DNA of 64,000 nucleotides from Balanoglossus misakiensis (Eukaryota > Animalia > Hemichordata). Where the stretch lies: NCBI GenBank assembly GCA_040954595.2, contig CM082590.2, positions 3,906,001-3,970,000 of the forward strand, given 5' to 3'. Of the stretch, positions 49,901-61,465 are shown piece by piece. Every line of letters begins with the position of its first letter. Position 1 is the stretch's first letter. The notes below the pieces were generated by a model, which made no database searches, had not been told where the DNA came from, and saw only the letters and a program-made list of their open reading frames with translations. A program made the position numbers and the translations under genes.

Positions 49901-52900
49901 TCCAGAACCGGCAATAACCGAGTCACGCGGTTTGGGGTATGTGGTCACCAAACTGAGGTCTATCAAGTTTGCGAAGATCATTGTGATTGGTCGAAGATTA
50001 TGGTGGCCATATTGGATTTTCGAAAAACCCTAGTAAAATTTCAAAAATCTTCTTCTCAAGAACCGGCGATAACTGAGTCACAATATTTGGTGTGTGTGGT
50101 CATTAAACAGATGTCTATCAAATTTGCGAAGGAGAATGTGATTGGTCGAAGATTATGGCGGCCATATTGGATTTTGTGAAAAACAATTAAAAAGTAAAAA
50201 TTCCCTTTCTAGCCTAAAAATTGATAGCACAGAAATTCTTTTTATGGATATGAATCATCATATGCCAAGAATAAGCTGTAAATATTTTGGTAATTTTGGC
50301 AATGACCTTTGACCTACTTATCATGCATTATTATTTCTGCATATCTAATTCCTGTCTAACCAATAGGGCTATAAGTTTGGTTTTAGATGTATGTGGATTT
50401 GTATGTGATCAACAAATTTTGCTACTTTTCATGACCCCTTTGACCTCTGCTGACCTCATTAAATATGCACATACCTAATTACAGATGAACCAATAGACCT
50501 AGAGGTTTTGTTTTTGTTATACATGGACCACTACGGGTCAAAATTTTCTACCCAAATTTTGGGTGACCTCAGATGACCTTTGACCTACTTTTGCATATCT
50601 CAGCATCCAAAGCAGGTACAACCTTGGCGTTTGGAGGTATGGGGCCATAATGAAAAGCCAAAGTTGTGGGGTCACCTGTGACACCTGCTTTACGCATTAT
50701 TTATGTGCATACCTAATTCCGGGTTAACCAAAAGGGCTAGAGGTCTGGTTTTTGTTGGACATTGACCACTATGGGTCAAAATATTCTGCCCAAATTGTGG
50801 GTGACCCCTGGGTGACCTTTGACCTACTTAACACTATATCAGCACCAAACATAGATATAACCTTGATATTTCATGGGATAAAACACTGCATTATGTTTCT
50901 ACTCATTAATTATGTGCATATCTAATAATCAGATCAGATAATAGAGCTTGGGCCCGGACAATGCTGCTTGCAGCTTTAATTTTATTGTTGTTACCATGTA
51001 ATTGTGGGTGTATTGGTGGGGTTTCACGCAGATATTTCACATTCAGTTGAAAGAAAAAAAGAAGTCAACTTGTTTAGTTTTGAACGCTTTATCACACACA
51101 CTGCATAGGATACTTCCGGCATTTGCGGTCATGTACTGGTCTAAATACCGCAAATTTCGGCGGCCAGTTGAGGTCGAAAATGGTTTTGTGTCTTCTGAAC
51201 GGGTTTCGTCTTCGCTTACATCGCTATCTGAACACCCATTTGTGTCTTCCTCGGAGAAAACGTCCACAAACTCGTCGTCATCGCTGTGGCAGATAGCGAC
51301 CATTTCTGTCAGTGCTGGTGGTGTAAACAATCCAGGCTGTTCACGTCTCATGAAATCTCGAGAAATGCGTGATTTGGGGTGTTTCGCATGATCTCGTCTC
51401 GTGTTTCGCGGGATTTCGCGTTATTCAGGCCGTAAATGGGATTAGATAAGCGGGCGGAGGCCAACACCTGTGCAAACACTAGTTAATGTATTCCACCCAA
51501 GTTGCTACAAAGAAAGAGGCGTTGTTTCCTGTCCTTTTTCTCTAGGGTCTATGGTTTAATGTTGTCAATAAACTCTCTTTTCCATGTTTGTATTAATTCT
51601 TCCTATAATTATTATCAATGGATTGAAGTCTGTCTATTATGAACATCCTCAGGAAGCAACAAAAAAATCTGTAAGAAAGAGGTGCCTCAATATACAGGTA
51701 AAATTCTATTCACATTGTCACTTTTGACTTGAAGTGGAAAATCTGCCATCAATGCAGAGGGGTCCTGATTAGATAGTTATCTTACCAGCTAATAACCTGT
51801 GACCTTGAATCAAATATTTGTAATGGTTATTACACCAAAACTGTAACATATCCAGTCTCCAGTTTGAGATAATCCCCTCGCCATCAGCATGTCTCTCAGC
51901 ATCTTTGTGAGCAAGTTGGTATAACCCACGCCATATCAAGCATCTTGTGTATTCAGCCACATGGTCAATGTTTGCTGTACAGGCACGCTGCACACTTTTG
52001 CATTCATTGCTGCAAAACCAGTCACCCTCTAAAATTGAAGTAAAACCCAAGATTTACTAACAATTAGAAAGAGTCGGCTGTATCATATGATATCATTTCA
52101 TACCAGTATGTTTATCCTCATATTGGTGGTAAAACAAATCTGCTCATGTAGTATATGATGTTGACTTCTCACAGACTATTACATGTAAAGTTACAAATAC
52201 ATAAAAATGCATAAGAAAAAGGCCACCATTGAATATTTTCAGAATTGTACTATCACAAACAGGGTTGCTAATGTTTGTATGTAAAACTAGACATTTATAC
52301 AAGGTATAATTGTTAATCCCTTGCACTCTAAGTGAAACTATTCTCCATTCAAGCAGTTTTCTTCATTAGAGCAACCAATCCACTCAGCTCCTGGTTTAGC
52401 CTGTTTGCAGCAGTATATTGAGTATTGCTCACAATTTCCAGAACACCACCAATCTCCTTCAGGTATGTCCCCTTGATCTATGTCCATGCACTGGCAATGG
52501 TACCAACGACCCTTGTGACAGTTACCCATTGCTGAACATTCGATCCATGGCGAATCTGGCAAATCTGAAATAAAAACATGATAGAGAAGAGCACATTTTA
52601 TTCGCTGACTATATTGACTGCATGACATTAAAAAAAGTTACATAGCTACTACTCTCAAGGTTGAGTGATAAAATCCATAGACCACTTCAAAGTAATTGAT
52701 TATAAAATCATCCAAAATGTGTATGGACAGTCATAACAGTGTCACAAACTGCTCTGTGTTATATTTGCTGGTTTGGTTGTAACTGACCAAATATTATATA
52801 TTGGAGATACCGCTGGACACAGATGGCGAGACAGACAGACAGACAGACACACACAGACACACAGACATTATAAGCTCCTCATTGTGGGCTAAAAATTCCC

Positions 52901-55052
52901 ATATAACATACTCCCCAGTGAATGCAGTTCATGTGATTCCCCCCCCCCCCCTAAAAAATAGGTAGCATAGTACATTGTTTTCAGTGTGAGTTACATGTCA
53001 TTGCAACAATATATGGTCCAAGTAATGGCATATTAATACATAAATGATAGAGACTAACCCTCGGTACTGCCACATATACAGTATTCTCTATCATCCTCAT
53101 CACCATCATCACCACCATCATTAGCTGTGAACACTTCTTTTATGCACCTGTAGTCTATGATTGGCCAAACCATCAACACAACATTTGAAGCTAAAGCCTT
53201 CAGGTGATCCACTTTGTCTCCAGGTGCGTTTTCGGGTATTTCGTCAATGTCATCTCCCTGTAGAACTTTCATTGCAGCCAAAACTACCATAGCTTCAGTT
53301 GTGAAATTCAACAAATTATCCACATGATTGATGCAGTCCGTGATCTTTTTCTTCACATTTCGATGGTTAAACACAGTTTTTAGATGGAAAAGTGTACCCT
53401 CTTGATCTGCAAGTTTTCCAGTGAACAGAAGATCCATTGTATCCTGAAAATAAATACATAACAATTCCTCAAATAATTTAGCGAAAACATAAACAGAAAA
53501 ACATTTCAATCCAATGAAACACAGTTTGAATGACATCTAATGGGCTATTCATTGTCCTATCATAGAACATTGAAAGGGTATATGAATAAGGCTTTCCAAC
53601 AAAAGGTACTACATAATTAGATTTATAAATTATTTTTCGCTTAAAATGAATATAGTGCAAACAAATCCTGAAAACATTGTGTCAATTTTATTCAAACAAA
53701 ATTGCCAATATTGGAATGAATTCTTCAAATACATGTCATCCATTATTGAAATATCAACCTGTCTTCTTTATTAGTATATGTAGAAATCTTAAAACACTAT
53801 CATTCTTATTAATATGCCCAGAAGATTGGGGTTTTAAGAATCACAGAAATGTTATTTTTGAGCTGAGTACTTGATCTACAAGGTTTGATCGTGTTTGAAC
53901 ATTTTGAGGTGGTTCATCCAAGCAATAAAACAACATGTTTTGAAATATAGCAATTTATAATACGTTCTTTTGGTGGTTTGTTTTCTACTTTATGAAAACT
54001 AAACTTCTCCTTGAATCCTTTGCCATAACAAATGATAAGAAAACATTAATATAATCTTTACACACACTAATATTTTAAATGTAGCTATAAAATTAAAATG
54101 TACCACCTGATTTTTTGGCTCAATTTGTCATATTGTCAACACTAACAGCAATATTGTCATTTGTGATAGTTGCATTTTCCTTAACGATATATAGTCCCAT
54201 TCGTTTGTACAACTACCAGTGTCGCTAGTACTTAAAAAAACTACATTTCAACACACATCATTCTGTTCTGGCTAATGAAACAAAAACAATATTTACGGCC
54301 AAAAACGAATATACCCTTACAATTTGTCTAATGTTTAAATAAATGCCATTACTACTAAAAGCGAAAACATCACATACGGTGATTCTAATCCTTGAATACA
54401 TATGTCATTACAAATAAACATGAAAACATCACCTAAAATGAACATTTGCAAAAATGAGGGAATTTCCCTCTGACGACTGAAAACAAACAAATGCCAGTCG
54501 TATGGCAGATTTTGATGATCAAGACAAAAAATAATGATGTACAGCTCTTTGTTGTAAACAATAATTTGGATGACAAAAAATTATTACATTTTGTTTTAAC
54601 AAAACAGAAAAACTAACCAAATGATCTATAATGAGCACTGATGTATATTAATTAGTATTTGTTGTGACTTGTAAACTTCACATGCCACTTTCTTTGTATT
54701 TAACCAATACACTCACTTCATTTGGCCAATCTTGTGATGTTGACATGGCACCATATTCGTCAGTCATTTCTTTGCAATTATCCAGTAAACCCACTATGTT
54801 TTTCTTTGATCTTGTCGTCTTCAGTTGTGTCACCTCTATCAGCATTTTCTCTGATTCCGGTTTTGGAACATTTTCTGTGTCAATAATGTGTGTGTGGCTT
54901 TATCCGTCAACTTCAAATTCTCTAATTCAACCGTCGTAACATTTTCTGAATCACGTTGTTTGTTTAAGATTTATATCCTTGGTCTCGTATCGTGTTATCT
55001 TCAGTTGTGTCACCTGTACCGATATTTTCTCCCATTCAACTGTTGAAACATT

Positions 55053-55235
55053 TTCTGTGTCAATGTTGTTTGTATGGCATTATCATTCTTCCACTCCAAC
55101 ATCCTTATCTTCAACTCCATAACTATTCCGGAGAATCGTAATCTGTGTCAATATTGTTTGTATGGCATTATCATTCTTCAACTCCAACATCCTTATCTTC
55201 AACTCCATAACTATTCCGGAGAGTCGTAATCTGTG
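55053..55235. repeat. ~89-bp tandem duplication just downstream of the ROCO stop codon
   Basis: tctgtgtcaat.ttgtttgtatggcattatcattctt...ccggaga.tcgtaa occurs twice. Confidence 0.85.
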
Positions 55236-55243
55236 GCTGCTGA

Positions 55244-58213
55244 TTATTCCTTGCTATTGCTTGACACACCCAGCTTTCTGAACATTTCATGGATTACACG
55301 CTGGGCATCTGGTCTGCTTCTTTCTTCTTGGTTCAATGCTGACAACAAAGAGGAGAAATTACTCCGATAGATTTTCTTTCCTTCTGTTGACACTGCACTA
55401 CGGAGTGTACCATCCGCGCTCCTTTTAGACCACTCGGATATGACGAACAGTGTCGTTGACATCGGCTTGTCTTCCCAACCTTCAACTTCCTTGTACCAGA
55501 TCCCCAACATGTCTGCCAAAGCTTTGTAGTCAAAACCAATGGGTCGTCTGACATCCATTAATATGGCAAACTCTTTGAGGGCATCCTTCAGCATCCACTT
55601 GACATCACTTTCATATCCATATTTACGGAGGAATGTGGTATCATATCCAGCACAGAGCAAGTCAGTGACAGCTTCTTCTTGACCTGTTTGCTCATCATAC
55701 ACTCCACTTCCATTCTGCTCAGCTTCTGTGATTTTCTGCATTGGGTAGAATCTTACATTCTCTGGGTTGTTGTGAATTCGCAGCGAGTGGGCGCTGAGAA
55801 TATGGGTGTCGACCTCGATACCCGGACAGCAGATCTCTATGACGTCATAGATATCACTGGTCACCATTTCCAGTAACTGGTAACATGCCCCTATGTCTTC
55901 TCCCTTTTCTGCTCTGACACAGGTGTGGATTGCCTTCCATCCATCTGTCATGTACACCAATCCTTCTACGATGTGGCAGACTTTGATACCATTCTTCCAT
56001 ATTCCACTGGGAGGGTAACCCATTTCCTCAAAGTGACGGTAGAGCCTGGTCTGTAGGCGTGGGAACAAACCTGGTGTGAAGCTGTCTGTTTCATCATGGC
56101 ATTCGATTCTTCTACCAAAATAGTGATGCTTAGTGGGATCCGATTCCCATTGATTTGCTGGCATTTTATCTTCCAAGAGTCCAGGGATGATGTAAGATTT
56201 TGGATTGGACTCATCTTCATGGAGAAGCTCAAAATGCTTGAGAAGAGCCATGACTAAGTTGGCATCACCGTAACCACTGAATACTCGAGCAATTTCTGTC
56301 TCGTGATAGAACTTCTGATTTTTTGGCAGTTTGTCGCTGTATTGAACGAAGATATCAGTTGCCATCAGTCGACCTAAGATTTCTGAACACAACCACTGAC
56401 CATCAAGAACAATGATATCATCACCAAGTGGATTCTTGACAAAGATAATCTGCAACAAACAAGAAGACAATGAAATAAACTTTGGATGTTAACAAAAGTG
56501 AAAGTTGAAAGGACAGGTAGATGGATGGATGGGTGGATGTATGTATGTATGCATTCATGCATTCTCGCATGTATGTATGTATGTATGTATGTATGTATGT
56601 ATGTGATGGGTCAAATGGATTGACGGATTGAGTGATTCATTGATATGTGACTGTCTGGCTGGATGTTTGCAATAAATATGTGAGGTGTAATGACAGACAC
56701 TGATTGGGTGGCCGGATTGGTGGATGAACTATTTGGTGTATATCTTCATTTACCTCGCCAATGCTATCCAGGTAAGATGTAGCTATTCTCAGAAAGGGCT
56801 CTTTAACCAATGGATCAATTTCCTTTACTTTTTCCACATACGTCTTCCAGTACAGGACAGGGAATTTAAGAAGCTTGTTACGCCATATTCGCTTCTTGTC
56901 GACAATTTCTGCACATAACCTTGGTATTTTTTCTTTCTTCTGTAATGTAATGAAGGAATGGAAAATTTTATGAGTAGCTATATTTTTAAATCATCGATTC
57001 AATGAATTCAGCCATGGAAAATGGGACCAAAGACCATTCCCAAAATGTCACATGCAATATAAAAGTATATATTGCCGTCAACACACCATTACATAATGGT
57101 TTTTAATCACTTCTGAACATCTGGAAACATTCAGTAATCATACCTGTGTTGGTAAGTGTGTATAGCAACCATCACCAACACCAAGAAAATCCCTTAGTAT
57201 TTCGTGCATTTATATATTATGTTACTACATAACTTGTTTCACTGAGTGAACCTGTGGTAAACAAAAAGGTATGAAAGTATGGAGAAATATTTACAGGAAA
57301 AACTGCATACAGATGAAGATTTGATTGGAGTGATTAATCTAACCTGGCCAATTGTTGTGAGAAATGTTGGATTGATCACTCCACTGAAATTATCATTCTG
57401 CTATAGGGTTTTTATCATTTTTGATTGGACAGATATTAAAATCAATATTATAAATAAATAGTTATGCATTTATGTTAAACTCACCTTGAACCCACGTAAG
57501 ATCAGACGTAGTCTGCCTATTTCTGCACTTTGAGAATCATGACAATTTACCAAAACTGTCTCATCCACAATATTCAAATAATCGCCAAATTTCTTCTTCA
57601 ACTCTTTGCGTACCTTTTCTACAACCCATTTGGCTATAATAGAAAACATAAGATAAAAACATGGGTTTTTGGTAATTACGGATGTACATGCAAAATGTAA
57701 ACTTGTAGATTGCGTGAACTTATGGGCATGTCACTATTCCTATAAAATAGAAAAAAATGGGTATCCGTATTTAACTAGTATTCAAAGTAGGCACCTTCTG
57801 ACTAAAAAATTGTAAGTAATTATGTCAGATCTTTTTGAAAAAATACTATCGTGCATCACCTTACAATGAACTGTTTCTAAACTACCCCACCCATCAAAAT
57901 GTGTTTGGATGCAGAAACAGATTTGTCTAAATCAATGTTGGTTTTACCATTACAAACTGGATTGTGTGTACAAGTGTATTGTTCCAGCATTTGTATGCTG
58001 TAACTTTTATCAAACAAATTGACTCACCACTCTTTTGTTGAGATTCATCCAACATATCAGCTCTACTTGCGATCAATATCACAGTTGGTTTGGTGTCTTC
58101 ACTCCGAGACGAAGCATCACCACTCTTTGGTATGCTGCTTATCATACCTTTGAAGAACTGGGCCCATATGTTGGTCTGGAAATTATCACAATTAATTATT
58201 CAATTACCCAATT

Positions 58214-58246
<33 letters not shown>

Positions 58247-61200
58247 TTATTAATTAATTAATTAACATTTTATGTAATGCAAACGTTTTATAGCTATTGG
58301 GCTACTTTTAATATAACACAAACAAGTATTGATTTGTATGAATGTTTAAGTGTTGTGGCACGTTTTACAGGTGTTGAGGGTTTACACCCGAAATAGTTTA
58401 ATTGATTTCACAACAAATATCAGCAGAATCACCACTCCAGGTATGGATTGGTTTCTATACACTACGGTCCAGTCATTTAAGAAAATACCTAAGTGCGTCG
58501 CTACATACTTTGTCATTCACGTGTGACCTTCGCTCCCACTACATTAAGATTGTCTTGGGGATGCAATTGGCAGAATATTTCATGAAAGTGGCACTGTAAT
58601 GCCACAAATAAACCATACTAAGTTCAGAGCTTACAAAAACATGCAAGAAATTATGACAGTCTGTATCTGTTAGGCATTGCATCTGGGGACTACTCACCAA
58701 CCCCCCTCCCCAACCCGTCCTCAAATGACTAGTTCTATATTTCGACATAGTAGGTTCAAAAGTAGATTTCATTGCGGTGTGTGTGTTGGTGTTTGTTTGT
58801 TTGTGTGTGGCCGTTCTCAAATGACTAGTTCCATATTTGGACATGCATGTAGTAGGTTAAATTGGACATACTTTACAGTTTCTATTTCGTTCCGGTGTGT
58901 TTGTGTGTTAAGGGTCATGGCTCACCTCTTTCAGTGCTTGTTCCAACATCTCTATAGGCTTCTTCAAATGTTTTGGGTCATCTTTCACCATTTCTGTTAT
59001 TTTAAACAGAAGCATAAACACAGCATCTTCTGCTCTCAGGAACATGTTGTGTGTCACGTAGTACTCACACTGTCCAGCAAAATCCATGACAATGTATTCT
59101 CCAACCTTTGGTATGTCCACAGTTTTTACATCAATACCAGGTGTCGGTGTGTACTCAGTCTTGTCTGGTGGAGGGGCTTTTTCTGCAGCTCGTCGAGTGA
59201 CATTCGCTTTCCAGAAGCCCTGTATGAAAGCAGTACACATGAAATTGCAGTAAGCGTTTGTGTTGACAGTGACACTGATGGGTGAGTAACACTATCATTT
59301 GAGCAAATTATTTCACCTGGACATCATGATAATGTTTAATAGATTTTAATAATAATTCCTAGTTTGGTGAAATGTATATGTACGCTGTATTTTACAATAT
59401 TCAGAATAAGTGAATAAATGAATAATTTAATAGTATCATTGCAATAGATAAATGATGAAATTGAAACATTGATGATATATATAAGTACAGATAAGAAAAT
59501 TATTGTTACCCGTTGTAAAGATTCCACAAGGGTTGTCTTTCCAACACCACCAAATCCACAAACATGAACTCTGCTACTATTTCGAGTAATGCCAGGTTCT
59601 CTCATCAAAACACTGAATTCCCTCTTCCTCGGTTCGTCCTGATGTTAACAAAAAGAACAGCAATCAACATCATTCTGAATAGACTTGCCAAATATTGTCA
59701 AAATGGACTGTGATATCAAATGAACACTACACTGCATTAATGACACAATTTGGCTATGACAGCCTCGTATTTAGTGCACTTTAAGGAACAAAATCTCTCT
59801 CACTGCCCCTTTTCCATTAATTATGTTTGGTACAAGATACTGTTTAGGTTAAAGGCACATGAGCTGCAACTGGATAAAAAACTTAAAGTTTTAAATAATC
59901 TCATAGATGCTTTTAATTATGTCTATTAAATGATATTTCATGATAATATATCAAGCTCAACACTTATTTATGACAAAATGGCCAAAAATTAAACAAAAAC
60001 GAAAATTCCTCATTTTTTTAAAAAAAGTGCAATATTGGAATGAAAGGGAAAATATAATGTCTTAGCGGTGTACAATTACTTCCATGAGCTCAAGTGGACG
60101 AGATCATGTTTTGTTTATGAAGTTTCATAACAGGAAATGCAACATTTTCATTGTTTCTTGCAATTCCCATGGTGGCGGCCATATTCGCTTGTGGCAAAGC
60201 TTTATTATTTATCTGGTTAAAACTTGCATATGTACACATATTTAGGGTATATAATGCTTGTGTATAGTTCACTGCCTTCATCTGCATGGACTAATGGTAG
60301 TACAGTGTGAAACAAAAATTATGATAATTATCCCAAAAGTTGCAGCTTATGTGCCTTTAATGGATCTGACGAAAGTAATGTAAATTTAAAAAACAAACGA
60401 CATATATCTGATTGATACTTTTTGTTATGTTTAGGCATTATGAAGCTGACTTTTCATTCTTGTTTTGTAAACCAATCATCTTGTGCAGGTGGTGTAGAAC
60501 TGTTTGTAGTCGAACACCATTAACATCAATTGAATAAAAAACACAGTAATTTGATTAAGCCATGAACAATGTGTTTAGCTGAATACAACTTCTCTACTGG
60601 CGAAATCTGACGCATGGAATGCCAGAGACAAAGAACATGTAGAAGAATATGTAGAACTTCATGACCCAAAAGTTGCAGTGCCTTTAATGTACATGTGAAT
60701 ATATAATGAATCAATGTTCGACCACACATACATTTCATCCAGCTTGTAGACACGAGAGTGAAAAAACTCGCCAACATTAATAATTGGTCTCTACAGTTTA
60801 TTCATTTTGGGCGAGTTTTTACTCTCATATCCTACAAACGGGATGGAAGTTTTGTGTGGTCGAACGTTGATTTAAAATATATCCACTTGTAAAATAACAT
60901 AAACGGTGTATTGTATCAAACATAATTAATGGCAGTGAGAGAGAGAAACTTTGTCCCTTTAATTCAAAGAACCAAGTAGAGTGATAAGTCTGGTGTGTTA
61001 TGCATATGTCAAAATGCAGCGATTATGAATTGTGGATGAAACACTGAATAAGAACGATGATACATTTAAGTATCATTTATTGTTAACAGAAAGATGAAAG
61101 TAACAATATTATTGTCAGTATTGTCAACAAGTGCACAAGTTCCTATTAAAATCAAAGTAAGGAGTATAATATTTTAGACCAACCAATTAATGTAAATTAA

Positions 61201-61465
61201 ACGAAATCACATATAGCTACATAAATGCTTTCACTTTGAAATTTAAATAAGTGTGTACAAATAGGTAAAAACTAATCTCCACTCTCCAAATTGTTTCTTT
61301 CGATTTTTGTTCTGGAAATTAATTACTTGATCTCATTGATGGTTGAATTACAAGTAAAAGCGTTCCTTTTGAATATGACAGTTACTTTGTATTTATGGGA
61401 AATATTACCTTCAGCAGGGATTTGACTATTCTCCCGTATGCAACATCCAGAGGTGTCCTTCCGTC
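55244..61465 (-). CDS. ROCO-family gene (ankyrin-Roc-COR-death domain, DAPK1-like C-terminal architecture), 3' seven exons: 61465-61409, 59638-59510, 59219-58926, 58175-58028, 57633-57485, 56939-56754, 56449-55244
   Basis: All six junctions are GT-AG and phase-compatible (0,0,0,1,0,0), no stops. Ankyrin DGRTPLDVA; P-loop GFGGVGKTTL; DFAGQCEYY; G4-like SRAD; COR IPRLC, VLDGQWLCSEILG, FTPGLFPRLQ, IWKNGI; death-domain-like DYKALADMLG...STTLFVISEW. 5' exons were not found in the window. Confidence 0.9.
56520..56605. repeat. (ATGG)n/(ATGT)n intronic microsatellite
   Basis: Direct reading. Confidence 0.9.
59784..60958. mobile_element. Fold-back (palindromic) MITE in a ROCO intron, interrupted by a Kolobok-type insert
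   Basis: 59784-59852 plus 60688-60780 form the inverted counterpart of 60807-60958 (aggaacaaa.../...tttgtccct|ttaa). Confidence 0.65.
59853..60356. mobile_element. Kolobok-type MITE (TTAA TSD, AG terminus)
   Basis: ttaa|aggcacatgagctgcaact ... agttgcagcttatgtgcct|ttaa (18/19 TIR match). Confidence 0.8.

Larger units (their letters stand above)
26172..50982 (-). mobile_element. Full-length Helentron (Helitron2-type) rolling-circle transposon, ~24.8 kb
   Basis: Left end tt-attagggcccaagcgc-atacca-gcgcttgggcccta (14-bp stem, 26176-26209). Right end subTIR gcttgggccc (50946-50955), palindrome gctgcttgcagc (50963-50974), then tttaatt. T-rich site, no TSD. Encloses a RepHel ORF. Confidence 0.88.
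25505..51553. mobile_element. P-element-like non-autonomous TIR element (~1.2 kb own sequence) expanded to 26 kb by nested insertions
   Basis: 29-bp TIRs catagaccctagagaaa(cg/aa)ggacaggaaa at 25505-25533 and 51525-51553 (27/29 match). 7-bp TSD gtttaat at 25498-25504 and 51554-51560. CATAG termini with 7-8-bp TSD are characteristic of the P superfamily. Confidence 0.82.
24027..53443 (-). pseudogene. AcademHP-like (DUF6589-type) transposase pseudogene with PHD fingers; 5 visible exons: 53443-53059, 52564-~52305, 52028-51786, 24970-24835, 24376-24027
   Basis: Exon peptides GTLFHLKTVFNHRNV..., PWIECSAMGNCHKGRWYHCQC...WWCSGNC (PHD), DAERHADGEGIISNWRLDMLQFWCNNHYKY, WNPTVNIRGGICNNVALDLAIEFLNNEFK. 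GT/AG sites; phase-1 joins checked at 53059/52564 and 51786/24970. In-frame stops at ~52338 and ~24960. Confidence 0.8.
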
